DNA from: Eledone cirrhosa
Lineage: Eukaryota
Assembly: GCA_964016885.1 (NCBI GenBank)
Contig: OZ024740.1
Location: forward strand, 334,800,001-334,864,000
Direction: 5' to 3'
DNA: 64,000 bases
Below the pieces are notes generated by a model that was given only the letters and a program-made list of their open reading frames with translations, did no database searches and was not told the DNA's origin. Shown here in pieces: positions 49,926 to 63,749 of the stretch (position 1 is the first letter of the stretch; the number at the start of each line of letters is the position of its first letter). The position numbers and the translations under genes were made by a program.

Positions 49926-52190
49926 GCCTCTTCCTTCTTTTCTCTATCAAGGAAGAATTCCCCAACGTGGGAGGAGGTTTGGTCCGTGTTGAGGGTCATT
50001 GACTATCACTAAGTGCGGCCCACGTGCTTGCGATAGATTCAGAAAAGAACTCACAGCCTTCTTTAAGGGCTTCAACCACGCCATACAGGTTGAGGCCAAC
50101 CTCTCGGTCGTTAATTACCTCGACGTTACCCTCAATTTATCGAATGGCTTGCATTACCCGTATAGAAAGCCGAATGATACGCTTAATTACATAAGTAAGC
50201 ATTCTAACTACCCTCCCAGCATAACCAAGAACCTGGTAAGAAACGTTGCTTTGAGGCTTTTCCTTTGAGGTCTATCTACTAACGAACATATTTTCAACGA
50301 CCATTCCATATATTACAATGAAGCTCTTGCTCGGAGTGGATTTGTCGATAAGGTAGCATATACAGAGTACGAGAATAGACCTATAAGAAATAGATCCCGA
50401 CGCATTATATGGTATAACCCACCATATAATATGGAAGTGGCCACACCATTATCTAAGATCTTTCTCTCCCTATTATGAAGCATTTTTCCCTTACACATAA
50501 ACATAGTAAAATTTTTAATAGAAATACTATTAAAAGTTCTTACTCCACGACTCCTAACATTGCACATAACATCACAGCTTCTAATTTAGCTAAACTACCT
50601 AGCCGTAGGAACACGTGCAACCCTGTAGTTAGTACTAACTGTAATTGTAGGAATCGGGTTGACTGCCCCCTATCCGGGAAATGCCTCTCTAGTAACATTG
50701 TCTACAAATGTAATGTTGAAACACCCACGTCCCATAGGGCCTACATTGGGTTAACTACCAATAGATTGAAGCAACGTCTTTACATGCATACCCATTCCTT
50801 TCGTAACCCTTTAAGAAGGAATATGACGTCACTTTCAGCTTATATCTGGAGTCTAAAAACAACCACACCCAATATAAGTTACACTGGGAGATCCTAGCTA
50901 GGGCTAGATCGTATAACGGAAATAAAAGACCATGTGACCTCTGCGCCGCTGAGACCCTGGAAATACTCTACGCCAAAGATCACATCTTAAACAAAAAATA
51001 TGAGGCAATTTCGGCTTGTAAACATAAATTGCTCAACACTTTCACGTATTAAAGCCTCACATTATACCCTAACGGATAGTACGAACTATACGCGGACATT
51101 TTACGTCTTGATGTGGTAGCTAAATATATGTTATGTTTATACCATTACTTATTTGTTTAGGTAAGTATATATTACCTGTATGTTTTTTGAAGGTACGTAC
51201 ACTTTCTCGTACGAATATTTGATTGTATATGTTATGGCGTATATATTATATATTCTGGTACATATGCTTTTGGTTATGTGTATTGTATACATGACTTTTG
51301 TGTCTGTGTGAGTATGCGGGTTCGTACGTATGTCGGGTGTGTGTATATGTGTACTTTGTGTTTTGTTTGACGTACGGCTCCGAACATATGTGTAGTTACA
51401 TGTAGGTATGTGTGTGCGCTTTTTATATACTTATTTATTTATTTATTTATATACGTTTATTTAATTATATGTATACACGCACACACATATATATATATTT
51501 TTTTTGTTATATATATTTTTATGTGTATTTCGTGTATACATTCGTATGCGTGCGTGTACAGGCGTTGCGTGGGTTCTGTATGTGCGTGCGGGTTTTTTTG
51601 TGTACGCGCGTGTATTTGTATACCTATGGAGAGCGTTTTCGCGTATTCTTGTGTATGTACGTATATGGATGCATGTATGTATTTATTTAATTTCAATTAC
51701 CTCTGTATTTTATTTACTTTATTCTTAACTGTGGAGCCGAGAATTATTCGATTTCCTAGTTAGAATTTTAGTCTACGAGTCAGTTATACCGTTTACATGG
51801 TTTTGTCTTTGCATGCTTTTGTTCTCTTCCCGCTCCACTTATGACGTATTATCTTCGTTTTTTCTGTTCATTGCCAGAGAACGTCTCTATGAACGACCTA
51901 ATAGAATATTAGTCTACGACTTCTTTTATACCATAAACGTGGTTTTGTCTTTGAGTGTAATTGTTTTTCACCACTCCAAATAATGACGTATTATATTCGT
52001 TTTTTCTCGTTCTTTGCTAGGGAACGTTTCCACGAACCAAATTATCGTCTTATATGTCTTCCTCCGGTTGCAACGTTTTTTGAAATATTCACTTCTGCGT
52101 TCACAGATTGATTTGTTAGTTTCAGAAGATCCCGTTAAGGGTGAAAGCAGCGATTCTTGGCTTAAACTTTAATCTGTTATTTTAATAAAT
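49922..52190 (+). mobile_element. 5'-truncated Penelope-like element (RT C-half, GIY-YIG, long TG-rich 3' UTR) in (TA)n
   Basis: IGLFLL, NYLDVTLNL..YPYRKPND..YISKHSNYPP, WYNPPY, CNCRNRVDCPLSGKCL..IVY..AYIGLT, CDLCAAE. Ends with a hammerhead-like motif, AATAAA and (TA)n. Confidence 0.9.
52118..52168 (+). ncRNA. Hammerhead-like motif (U4A variant)
   Basis: AGTTT-CAGAAGA-tCCC gttaa GGGt-GAAA-GC...GC-TT-AAACT at the PLE 3' end. Confidence 0.58.
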
Positions 52191-52210
52191 ATATATATAT
52201 ATATATAATG

Positions 52211-52266
<56 letters not shown>

Positions 52267-52553
52267 AGGTGATTAATTTATTATTTAATAATGGCATTTA
52301 TCTATCTATTTATATATTTAATAATTGTCTATTACCAGTTTCTGCATTTTTATGCATTATCAAATGATAGTGAAATGTATTAGTGTGGTGTCGCACATGG
52401 TAAACAGAAGGTGCAGAAAGAATAATGTTATTTACAAACAAGGTTTATGAAGTGAAAAGAAAAAAGAAAAAGGAAAAAATACGTGCATAATGTGGAGCAT
52501 AAAAAGCAATGTGTAAGAAAACATAATGTTATCTACAGGCACAATTATTGAAG

Positions 52554-52621
<68 letters not shown>

Positions 52622-52877
52622 TGTATATATATAATTGTTTCTACTTTTGGCACATGGCCAGTATTACCCAGTGCATTACTGGTATTTTATTTTATCGACC
52701 CCGTAAGGATGAAAGGCAAAGTTAACTTCGGCGGGATTTGAACTCAGAATGTATATGTATATATATATAATATATGTCAATTTGTAAATAAGTCGTGTGA
52801 CTATTTGTTGTTGTTTTTTTTCAATAGAATTGTGTAATTAAATTAATCAATTAATCATTAAATCTAGGAGATAATAA

Positions 52878-53030
52878 TACACATAGAAGTTCAGCATAAT
52901 CGCAGCTCTGTTTGCGGCCAAGCTGACCAATGCACTCGGAATGTACAGCTAAGCACTCAATGAGGTATTTTACCTTAGGAATGCAATCGGAATCTGCAGC
53001 TAAGCATTCAAAGACGTATTTTACCTTAAA

Positions 53031-53065
<35 letters not shown>

Positions 53066-53176
53066 CATATGCTCTAAGGTAAAATACCTCATTGAGTGCT
53101 TATCTGCACGTTCCGATTGCATTCTTTAGCTTAGCCGCAGCCAGAGCTTCGATTATGCTGAACTTCTATTTGTATA
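52878..53176. repeat. Fold-back element with ~100-bp arms around a tandem subrepeat and (TA)n
   Basis: ATAGAAGTTCAGCATAATCG...AAGCACTCAATGAGGTATTTTACCTTAG versus CTAAGGTAAAATACCTCATTGAGTGCTT...CGATTATGCTGAACTTCTAT. Confidence 0.88.
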
Positions 53177-53351
53177 TATATATAATTGACGGATAATTAT
53201 TTACTCTTAATTTTATTTTGAGTTATGATTCTATTGTTTTTTTCCCCGGATTACACTAAATCTGGGGATACAATTTCTGGTCTTGACGTAATAGTCACTT
53301 ATATATCTGAATTACTGTTGGCTTCTTGCTTACATTAATTTCTCTATTTTC

Positions 53352-53388
<37 letters not shown>

Positions 53389-53584
53389 GTATATATATAT
53401 ATGTATATATGTATATATATATATATGTATATATACATTCTCAGCGCTTCAAATGCCGAAAATTCGTCTTTGACAATTATATATATAAGTGTGTGTGTGT
53501 ATGTACATATATATATATATATATATATATAGAAAGGATGAATATAAAATGAAAGTGCTTTTTTTAAAAAAGGAATTTATTAGG

Positions 53585-53700
53585 TATTGACATATGTTTC
53601 TGTAACAGACGGAATACCTATGTATCGCTGCTTGCGTAATCATATAATGTTAGCAAGTATTCGATAGCAAATGTATAATCAGTTGTCACTTCTTCAGAGA
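53585..53700 (-). ncRNA. Hammerhead motif with long stem II and decayed stem I
   Basis: CTGAAGA-aGTGACA...TGTTACa-GAAA-CATATG-TC, with AATAAA 7 nt downstream; stem I pairs poorly. Confidence 0.6.
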
Positions 53701-55099
53701 TTTTGGATAAATATATATATACATATGTATGCGTGTATGTGTGTGTGCATGCGTGTATGTGTGTGTGTGTGTATATGTGTGTGTGTGCGCGCGTGTGTAT
53801 ATGTGTATGTGTGTGTGGGTGCTTGTTCAGGCTGTCCATGAATGGTGGTGTAAAATAGATGCTGATGCAGTCTTTGACAGAATAGTAACAATGATGTAAT
53901 TTCGCGAAACAACGGAATATATGAAGTCATAGGATGTTATTTAAAGTATATTTATTTATCACTTTATCCAGAATAACATCGCATAAAATGAAAATGTAAT
54001 TAAAATTTACAGTACACGTTAGATTACATAGCATACAACTGATTGCATAATCCACATTTGTATTGAAAAAGTTCTTTTAAATAATATCTTCTTCTACAAG
54101 ACACATAAGATGTGTAACTGAGTAAATAAATACTATTCAAAAGTTGTTTACAATTAGTATATGTTATGTGTATACAAAACCTCTATATGGCACACACGCA
54201 TGCACAAACACACACACACACATACTCACACACACACGCACACATACACACACACAGCACACGCACGCACACACACACATGTACGTATGTATGTATTGCT
54301 TATATTTTGGCACGAAATCATATGTATGCTTAAATACCAAAACACCCTTTGTGTGCATAGTCGAATACGCATTTCCCATATGTAATCCTATTTATTTGCT
54401 CATGACATATCCATATATATGCATACACAGATATTCATATATGTATACATAGAATCTCTTTCTCTGTCTCTTTCTCTCCCATTATCTCTGTCTCCCATAC
54501 ATACGCGTGCACCCTCATATATATTCAAAAATATATACATATGCTTGTCTGTGTCAATGTTTGTGTATGTCTGATTGAATGTGTGGGCATATGTGTGCCT
54601 GTGTATGTGTGTGTGTGTGGTATGCATTGTAAATCATTATCCGGAATAAACCAAAGAGAATATTTTAACGCAGGGTAGCTTATAAGAGACGTGCTTAAAT
54701 ACAACCACCTATAAATAATATGTAGATCATTATTGTTATTTTGTAACCGATTTTCTTCTTGATATTGCCGGTGGCACATTAAGCAGATGACAGGCATGAA
54801 TTTGCATTATAAATGATTGTGAGGATTTGTAAATAAGTCGTGTGACTATTTGTTGTTTTTTTTTTCAATGTTTGTAAGAATGAATTTCATATTCATGTCT
54901 TGAAGTATTAAAACTGTATATTTTTACCAACTATATATCTTCACATAGTTAGTAAACTAAACTACATCTATATAAAGCACTATATGTCTCGATAACTTAT
55001 TTTAAGTTACAGCTGTATCATAGAGAATTGAAAAGAAATATAAAATCGATTTTCTAAATAATAATAATCGATATTTTATTCAGACTTTATATTGAGAAT

Positions 55100-55450
55100 G
55101 TCTTTTCATTCAATGTATATTTTTATTTATTTTAAATTTTTGTTTCGGTTTCTTTAACATATTTGGAATATGTTCAAATACCATTGCTATAGATGCAACA
55201 TCGATTTTCTTAAAGATATCACAATACACTAGAAATGAATTGTTATCACGGTACCATATCGATCTTATCGCTCGATACATTTCATTGATTACGATATTGT
55301 CTTTCAATATTTCATTTAAAAGATGGGTAATATAATAAGTTTATAAATGTCTCTGCATTCTTTTACTCTGATTATAATGGGGAGAACTCATTTTGGCCTG
55401 TGGCGTGCAGTGCTATTAATTTTGTCATAAAGTTTTATTCTGTATACTGA
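55100..55450 (+). pseudogene. Possible decayed GPCR-like remnant
   Basis: Stop-free frame FILNFCFGFFNIFGICSNTIAI (TM1-like)...IARYISLITILSFNISFKRWVI (TM3-like), then FGLWRAVLLILS. No start codon. Confidence 0.3.
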
Positions 55451-55804
55451 TATAAAAATAGACGTTTACTTGGAAAAATATTATTTTTAATGCAGCCTTG
55501 TATTAATATATCAGTCAGAACTGAAGAAATATTCCAGAAGAATAATTCATAAAATTCTTTCATACATAGAGAAACTTAACATTAGTTATGGATAAAATAT
55601 TGCAACAATGTAAAGAGAAAACTTCTTTGAATAACAGCATAGAAAGTAATAGTATTGCAAGCTCTACAACTAGAGACATATATTTCTGTCCCCAAAATTA
55701 AATATTATACAGTTAACAACATTTTTTATAAGCAACGTGTAAGTGAAAGTTCAAGCATTTACACTATTAATATACCACGAACAACTAAATCACTAAAGTA
55801 ATGT

Positions 55805-55957
55805 CATTATGTAGGTAATGCACTGGGTAATTGCTGGCCTTGTGCCAAAAGTAGAAACAATTATGTAGAAATATATTATGTAGAAATAAAGTACCAGTAA
55901 TACACTGGGTAATTTGCTGGCCTTGTGCCAAAAGTAGAAACAATTATGTAGAAATAT
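55805..55957 (+). mobile_element. Two tandem very short SINE family A 3' tails sharing the ATTATGTAG target
   Basis: ATTATGTAG-[tail]-ATTATGTAGAAATAT-ATTATGTAGAAATA-[tail]-ATTATGTAGAAATAT. Confidence 0.85.
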
Positions 55958-56088
55958 ATCTTTATGTTTTACTGATATATATTTTCACACAATATACGTA
56001 GGTATGGAAATAACTAATTATTTGCTTTGTAATGTCATATATTTTATCCATCTAACAGATGTAAATTTCCCAAAAAGTCAGATTTAAA

Positions 56089-56166
<78 letters not shown>

Positions 56167-56535
56167 AACAAACTTACACACACATATTATTATATGTATG
56201 TGTAAGTGAGTGTGTGTGGGTATATGTGTGTGTGTGTTTGTCCCGAAAGGAACATGTTAATGAAGGATTTAAAGTACCATAAATAGTAATAAAGAAATGA
56301 AATATACCTAGAGTTGTCACTAGAATACAGATGTTGTTTCAGAGAAAATCAACACAGTAAATAATTAATGCATATTTAATTAATACCGGATAAAAAGTAA
56401 AATGCATAATCGACCCACGTGTGTTAGGGCTCAGTATGAAAATATGCATCAAACTGCGCAATGACTACACACACACACACACACATACACACACACATAT
56501 GTATATATATAATTGTATATATGAATCTATCTATA

Positions 56536-56655
<120 letters not shown>

Positions 56656-58989
56656 TATAGAGAGAGATATAGATAGATAGATATATACAATTAACCCATA
56701 ACTCCTGGTTGAATTGTTAGGTCATACAGCGCTAAATGGTCATTTTTTAAAAGCTTGGTGGAGATCAGCCCTTCTCTAAATGTCTCCAGGTGTGAATACA
56801 CATCCTATATCTACCAGAGAAGGAGAGAGTGTGGTAGACATGAGAAGTGGCCACTTAATGGGAATAATACCTCTTTATCGACTTCGAAAGGATGGAAGGC
56901 AAAGTTGACCTCAGTGGGATTTGAACCTCAGTGTGCAGAGAGTCGGAACGAAGTCTATAGCACGTTCTATGCGACGTTTTAACGAGGCTACAAATTCACC
57001 GCTTATAAAGGGATATAAAGAAATATTATGTATACTAGTTAATTTTATCTATATTGTTATAGTTGTTGAAGTATATTTCACAATAGCTGTATATTTATCG
57101 ATATGAAAATTATATTGAGATGGGGGCACATATTTTGAATCATATTTCTAACATTAAATATTATATAAATAATTCCACTCTGTTTTCCCATTGATATCTA
57201 TATTTGAGTGGATTTATTTTTAAAATATCGATTATAGATTATAACAGGTTTACACATGTCATCGTCTGATAAATATATGTATATATATATATTGAATAGA
57301 AAACAAAATATTTATTCTTGATATATCCTTGATATATATCTGGTTATTGCCACAATAAAAGCTCATTATTAGAAAATGTGTTTCTATATATATATATTTT
57401 TTTTATTCACATACGGTTATATTTCACGGGTTGCAAGCTGACCTTCAAATAGCAGCATTTTATATTACCAGAATATTATTTTAGCACAAAAATTCAAATT
57501 CAGTGACTTTTCAGATAATGGTCTTTACAGAAAAGTCTATAAAATAGCATATATATATATAGTACAGCTAAAGATAAGAAAACATGACTTGGCTTGTAGT
57601 TTAAGCTGACTATCGTAGATGTAATTATTTTATAGCCTTTTCTTGCTTCAGCAAAATCGCAATTCACACGAGATACGCTAAGAGTTAAATGTCCATCTCT
57701 ACTTTTTCGTTCTTACGTATACTGTTTTTGTGCGACTTAATCATACTTTTTATAGCTTTCGTAAAGTTCATTCTCTTGCTTCAGTAGGATACAGTATAAA
57801 GGAAGCTGTATCATCACGATCGATCACATTTAGATTTCAATGACATTTATTTCAAATTCTCAACTTTCTCTTAATTTGAGTAGACACGAAATACGAAAGT
57901 TTGAATATACGATATTACAATACTTTACATTTAGATATATTGCAACGCATCAGCAAATCCTTGTGGACATAAATGCACCGTTTGCGGAACATTGTTACTC
58001 TTCTAACATTGATGATCTGCTTAAATATTTACAGAGTCATCAAATATGTATCATTTTTGGTTGTGCTTTCATCATAATTACCTGTCTACACTGTTTAACC
58101 TTCAAGCCATGTAAAACCAGTATTTTACACAAACAGATGTCCGAAAATATATTCCCCAATGTTGAATTCTTATTCAGACATGACAGTTTTGAAGTTTTCA
58201 TACACTGGAGTAAAATAATCTAAGAAACAATAAGTATATAGTTAATGTAGTTGTAGAATCTTTTGTTGCAATACAAACACAAATAGCAATATATTAAGCG
58301 TATTCCCTAATGACGTACGATGAAAAGAAGCTTAAACTATATCATATGCATACTTTAACGGTTCGCAGAAATTAAATTCGGTATTATACTATCAAATGTA
58401 ACTTTTAATACAAACTAAAGAATGATAGGAGTGTATTTGTTTGCTACATCTAGATTAATCTTTATATGAATCGAATCGTCGAGCTCACACGAATTTGAGT
58501 CTTAATAAGAAAAATAATAGTTTATCCGTATTAATTCTCATACAACCTATATTACAAAATGTCCGTCTATATAAGAAGGTAATTAGAAATTGGAGGCATT
58601 AGTATTAGGCGTCCTGAAAAATTGGAAAGGAAATAATAACTAAACAGTTTTCTATGATAATATACATAATATATGATACAGAATAAATATAAACTTAAGA
58701 CATCTGTGATTTGCATAGAATTCATTCAAATAAAACGATTGCTATTTAAATTTTGAATCTCGGCAGATCTCGATACTGAGACTAGATATTTAGAGTTTGC
58801 TGTCACATGATAACCAACATTTGTAGAATCAGAGAATGTTGCATTTTTATTCACGAACATTTGTAAATAAATACTTTTAAAAGGATTTTGTTTTCTTAAC
58901 GCAATCGTACATCTTCTATGGAACATTATGCGTAAATGCGTAAATGTATGTTTCGATGCACATAAAGTCTTGATCCCCAAATTAAAAGA

Positions 58990-59640
58990 GACAACACTAA
59001 TAAAAAGAAAACTTGAGTATTTTTAAACAGAACGCCAATTCTACTGTCAGATAATCCTGCAATAAATCAAGCTAGAAATAATGAGATATAACTTGGCACG
59101 ATAAGAAGAATTCCGTTAAGTTTTGTTCTTCGTACATTTACAACTACCACTAAGATATTGATCCCAATATATTAGTTGATATTGTCTGCAGTAAAGCCAA
59201 CTCACTGAGGTGTTTGTTGTGATGTGGATAATAAATATCATTCTATTTTGTTTCCTTTTGCTTAATAGAACTATAAGCATTATTTCTTCTAAGAATTTCA
59301 CCTGCCATGGAATAGAGTTCTAAGCACGATAGATCGGTCGCTCATCAACTTACTAGCATAGAAGAGCAATACCTGAATTGTAGTATAGCAATCATCTCTT
59401 ACAAAAGCGTCCAAATCAACGTAGCGACAACATTATTATAGTACCTCCCTATCCTTATACGATGACCAGATGATGGAATGTAATAGATACTTTAGAAATA
59501 AGAGCAAAGCTTACTTATTCGCAAATTCAACAATTCAAACAAAAAGAATTTTCCCATCACTGACAATTTACAAATTATTCAAAAATAAAAAAATTATGAT
59601 AGAAATATTAAAACTGTTATGAACAACATTAGTCTCAGAA
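58990..59640 (-). pseudogene. Decayed intronless class A GPCR (TM1-TM5)
   Basis: In order: NISIIIFLFLNNL*IV (TM1), GGTIIML (TM2 end), CYTTIQVLLFYASKLMSDRSIVLRTLFH (TM3, DR at ~59338), SVSWLYC (TM4), LIVP../IISSLIYCRII (TM5). Spacings of ~240 and ~275 nt fit class A. Confidence 0.52.
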
Positions 59641-60249
59641 GAAATTCACATATTTGTATTAATAGTCAATGCGCCTAACCGATATATAGCAACAAAATCA
59701 TCACAAATTACAAACCACTTATAATAAAGATATAATGCTAAATAGATTATTTGCATAAATTGCGTATAAACAAATTGTTAATCACATTTCCGTTGTTGGT
59801 TTTAGTTTTTGTTTTGTGTGTGTGTGGGGGGGGGGGGGGGGGGGGGTCATTTGTTTAGTCGGATTTTCTAAACTGGTATAAATACCATCATAGAATCGAG
59901 CTAAACATTACAATAATCATTATAATATGAACAATAACATAGATCCAAGCGGTATCCGCAAGACTTTTATAGTTCTCAATAGTCTTCAATCTATTAAATT
60001 AAGGTCACGATGTCGGTAGAATACTGGTATATATTTTATCGATATTTGATTGTATTTAACTTCATATAGGAGTGAAATAAAAATGTTGATGTGCATTCAG
60101 CATAATATTGCAATGATTGTTTATGAAAAAAAATGAATTATTATTATTTTCTTTTTTTTTCTTTCTTTTTTTTTGTAATAAATTGAAAATTATAAATTTG
60201 TAATAAAACTCCATGAAATTGTCAAGTATTCTTGGTCTCAAGAGAAACA

Positions 60250-61060
60250 TAGAAATATGTCTATAATTATTTTACTTCAAGGAGGAAATACTCTTTGTTC
60301 ATGGGTTTATTTAAATAGCATGAACAGATATGAGTAGCTCATGAAATTTGGCGGACTCCTGGGAATAGCTATAGAAACATAAATAATGCATGAATAATCA
60401 TGGCAACTAAACTTTTTCACTAATTTGTAAGAAACCCGCTGAAATGTTAGCATCCAAATTGTAGGCAGCCAGCAGATAGTATAGCCCCCAACAGCTATGC
60501 ACAATAAAATATTACCGAATATATATTTTGTCTCTTTACTTCTCTACATAAATTTAAATGTAAATATGTATCTCATCGTTTTCGATAATGCATATTCAAC
60601 TTACAGTTTTATATAGAGAACTGCCTAATCAATACTGTAAATTACAAAAGAGTGGATATCCGACAAATTCTTGATCCCTTATTGTAACCCTCAGATAGAA
60701 TCAGCATGACACTGCAATTGGCAAAGTAGATCATTTGACTTATATGAACGGTCAAAGCGGTATCCTTCCCATGGTTTCTATCTTCCAAATGTTATCAAAA
60801 GACTTGGCGTATAATGGGCGAATCTGATGGCTGTTTAAATAGTGCGCTTCAGAGTTATGTACTCAGGTCTAGAAAGTTGCATTGTCGAAGCCCTTTGTAT
60901 GAAATATTTAGTAGATGAAAACAGTATAGCACAATGTCAAGTTGAATATATATACATCCTTGAAACATTGTGTCACGTACATTCAATGTGAGAATTAGCT
61001 TAAATGCACACATAGCTGGGGAATACACAACCACTTTACACTCTAGTTCAATGTTCTGGG
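60250..61060 (-). pseudogene. Decayed class A GPCR (TM3-TM7)
   Basis: GCIYIQLDIVLYC (TM3-like), AIRFAHY, KETKYIFGNILLCIAVGGYTICWLPTIW (TM6 CWxP, ~60470), LLISVHAI*INP (TM7-like, ~60305, shifted frame). Confidence 0.5.
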
Positions 61061-62105
61061 TTGTTCGAACAATAAGACGAGCATATTTCGTTTAGGCTGA
61101 AGTAGTCTAAACTTAATGCATATATAGTATATCAAGTTACAGATTGAATATTAGGAGAAATATGATACAACAAATATGTCAAACAGTACAAATATTAGTA
61201 GCTCACCAATTTAAGTCAGTTGGTATTGAATTTGTTAACGTTGTGACAGGTAAAATGTCATAATAGAATTGTAAAAGCTGTGATATTTCCCTTGTCTCTG
61301 TGTCTAAAACATCAAATACCTTAAACAAGAGATCAGAGATAATGGCTAACTGTCACAGCAAAAATACTTCCATTGTTTCAAACCTGCGAAAAACTAAGGG
61401 AAACGACAAAAAAAACGTAAACACCCGTAGAACCGGAATACGGTAAACGATATAAGACAAACCGAATGTCTAGAATCTCATAGCTCATAAAACCAACCAG
61501 AATAGGAATGGTCTTTGCTAACCAGCTGCTTCTGATAAACGGCCAAGAGTAGCAGAAAAGAAATTCTGTATGTTAAAACTATATTTATTATATATCTGAT
61601 TGTGTGAGCATGTATGTATATTCGATGTTGTATGTACCTGTGCGCCTCTGTTTCTATTCTTGATTACGGATATTTGTACCTGTGCAACGGAGGTATAAAT
61701 CTATTTGCATAGAAAATAAATTATAGATTAATTTCCTTGATATTTGCTAAGTGGAGAATATTGGAAAATATGATATAGTTATATATAAATTCTAAATGAA
61801 AATAAAATTTATTAACTTTTAGAATATTGATAACAAGTCATATATAATAGTAATGTTTGAAAAGTAATGTATTTCTGTGTATAATCATATCCTTGATAAT
61901 TAACTTAATTATCTGAAATATTCGCAGATTCATTATTGAAATAAACATCTCTTACGGTGATCCGTCTAATTCTTTCAAATTTTATTTGCATAATATTTTG
62001 CAGAAAGCATTGATTAAGCATATACAAATATACTTTATTACAATGTCTTAGATATGCACACGCATATATATGTATATATATACACGCAAAGCTCGCACGC
62101 ACACA

Positions 62106-62312
<207 letters not shown>

Positions 62313-63619
62313 TAAATATTTAATATATATTTTATATATATATATATTTCTTTTATAAAGATAATATCAGAAGAAAAATGACCTTCTTTTGTATGGCAAC
62401 GTCCAATAAATAGTTTTCATATTTCATCAGTGAAGGGTAATGGAACACGATATGTTTCCCGAATTCCAATTCTTAGCAAAATTCTAAGAATGTATATATT
62501 TTTATTTATCATGTGTTATTTTAATATTAATAAGAATAAATATCATAAGATTAAAATTCATTATTCGAATTTTCACATGACATATGCTGTTTAGAACACG
62601 TTTATCCATCATACGTGAATAAAACTGACATCGCCATGAATAAATCCGTCCTTAGTATATTCAATTACCATACTGAAATGAACACGAATAAATTAGTTTC
62701 TACTATCGCTTAATTCAGTGTCAAATAACAAAAATAGTACTAATATAGATTAATTTCAGTGCCATTTTGTAGGAGGGATATTAGGATCAACAAATTCTTC
62801 AGATATTCCCATGTATTATATCCGATCTGTTGTGAGCAAATATATATCAGTACAGATAGCTTATTAATTGAGGATTTACCAAATGATCTTATATTATTCC
62901 AAACATTGTCACAAAATATTCCATCGCATAAGAGTAATGCTTTAACTAGTCAAATACTGTGTTTAAAGTCTTCAGGTTACATAAAATGTTAAAACCTCAC
63001 TAAGCCAAAGTAATACAAAGATAAACCTATAATGTAATATTGCCTAATCTTTAATATATCTTTATTGTGAACATGACATGAAGTGAACGAAATGTGTTTT
63101 TTAGCAGATAGTATGATAATTTCTCAAATATGTTATGATACTATCATTTCGCAAACATTTTTATCAAAATAATTACACTGAAAATATACACAAAATAAGA
63201 TGTATTCTCAAAACGACAATATATTTTAGAATAAAAAAACAACAAAAACATTAATCAATTGCATCTGATATGACTAAACAATGACTTCAAAAGCTTGAGT
63301 CGTCAGTGAGTGAATAACAGTTATAAAGAATATACCTATAAATATCCACTCTCAGGCCAAAGCATCGACAAGCTATATTTGTGGAAGACCAGCTGTCAGC
63401 CATACACATCAATCGTCCTACATGGTACCACCTATCTTGTCCTAATGCCGATACTCATTTTCCCAACCAAGGTAGCGGGAGCAACAGGAAATAATGTGTA
63501 TTGCTCAGGAATACAACCGACTTCTGGTCCGTTAATTGAACTAACTATTTCTAAGCTACGCAGGAATCACACAGGCACAAATTCACATACACACACTCAT
63601 GCACACACCCACACACATA

Positions 63620-63749
<130 letters not shown>

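Noticed and set aside
57840-58223. 127-aa plus-strand ORF
   Set aside because: Non-ATG start and no recognisable motif on either strand.
59826-59846. Poly-G tract as a regulatory G-quadruplex
   Set aside because: A simple homopolymer next to a TG repeat with no supporting context.
62400-63310. CTGATGA (62425-62431) and CTGACGA (63300-63306) on the minus strand
   Set aside because: No compatible stem II, GAAA and NUH arrangement.
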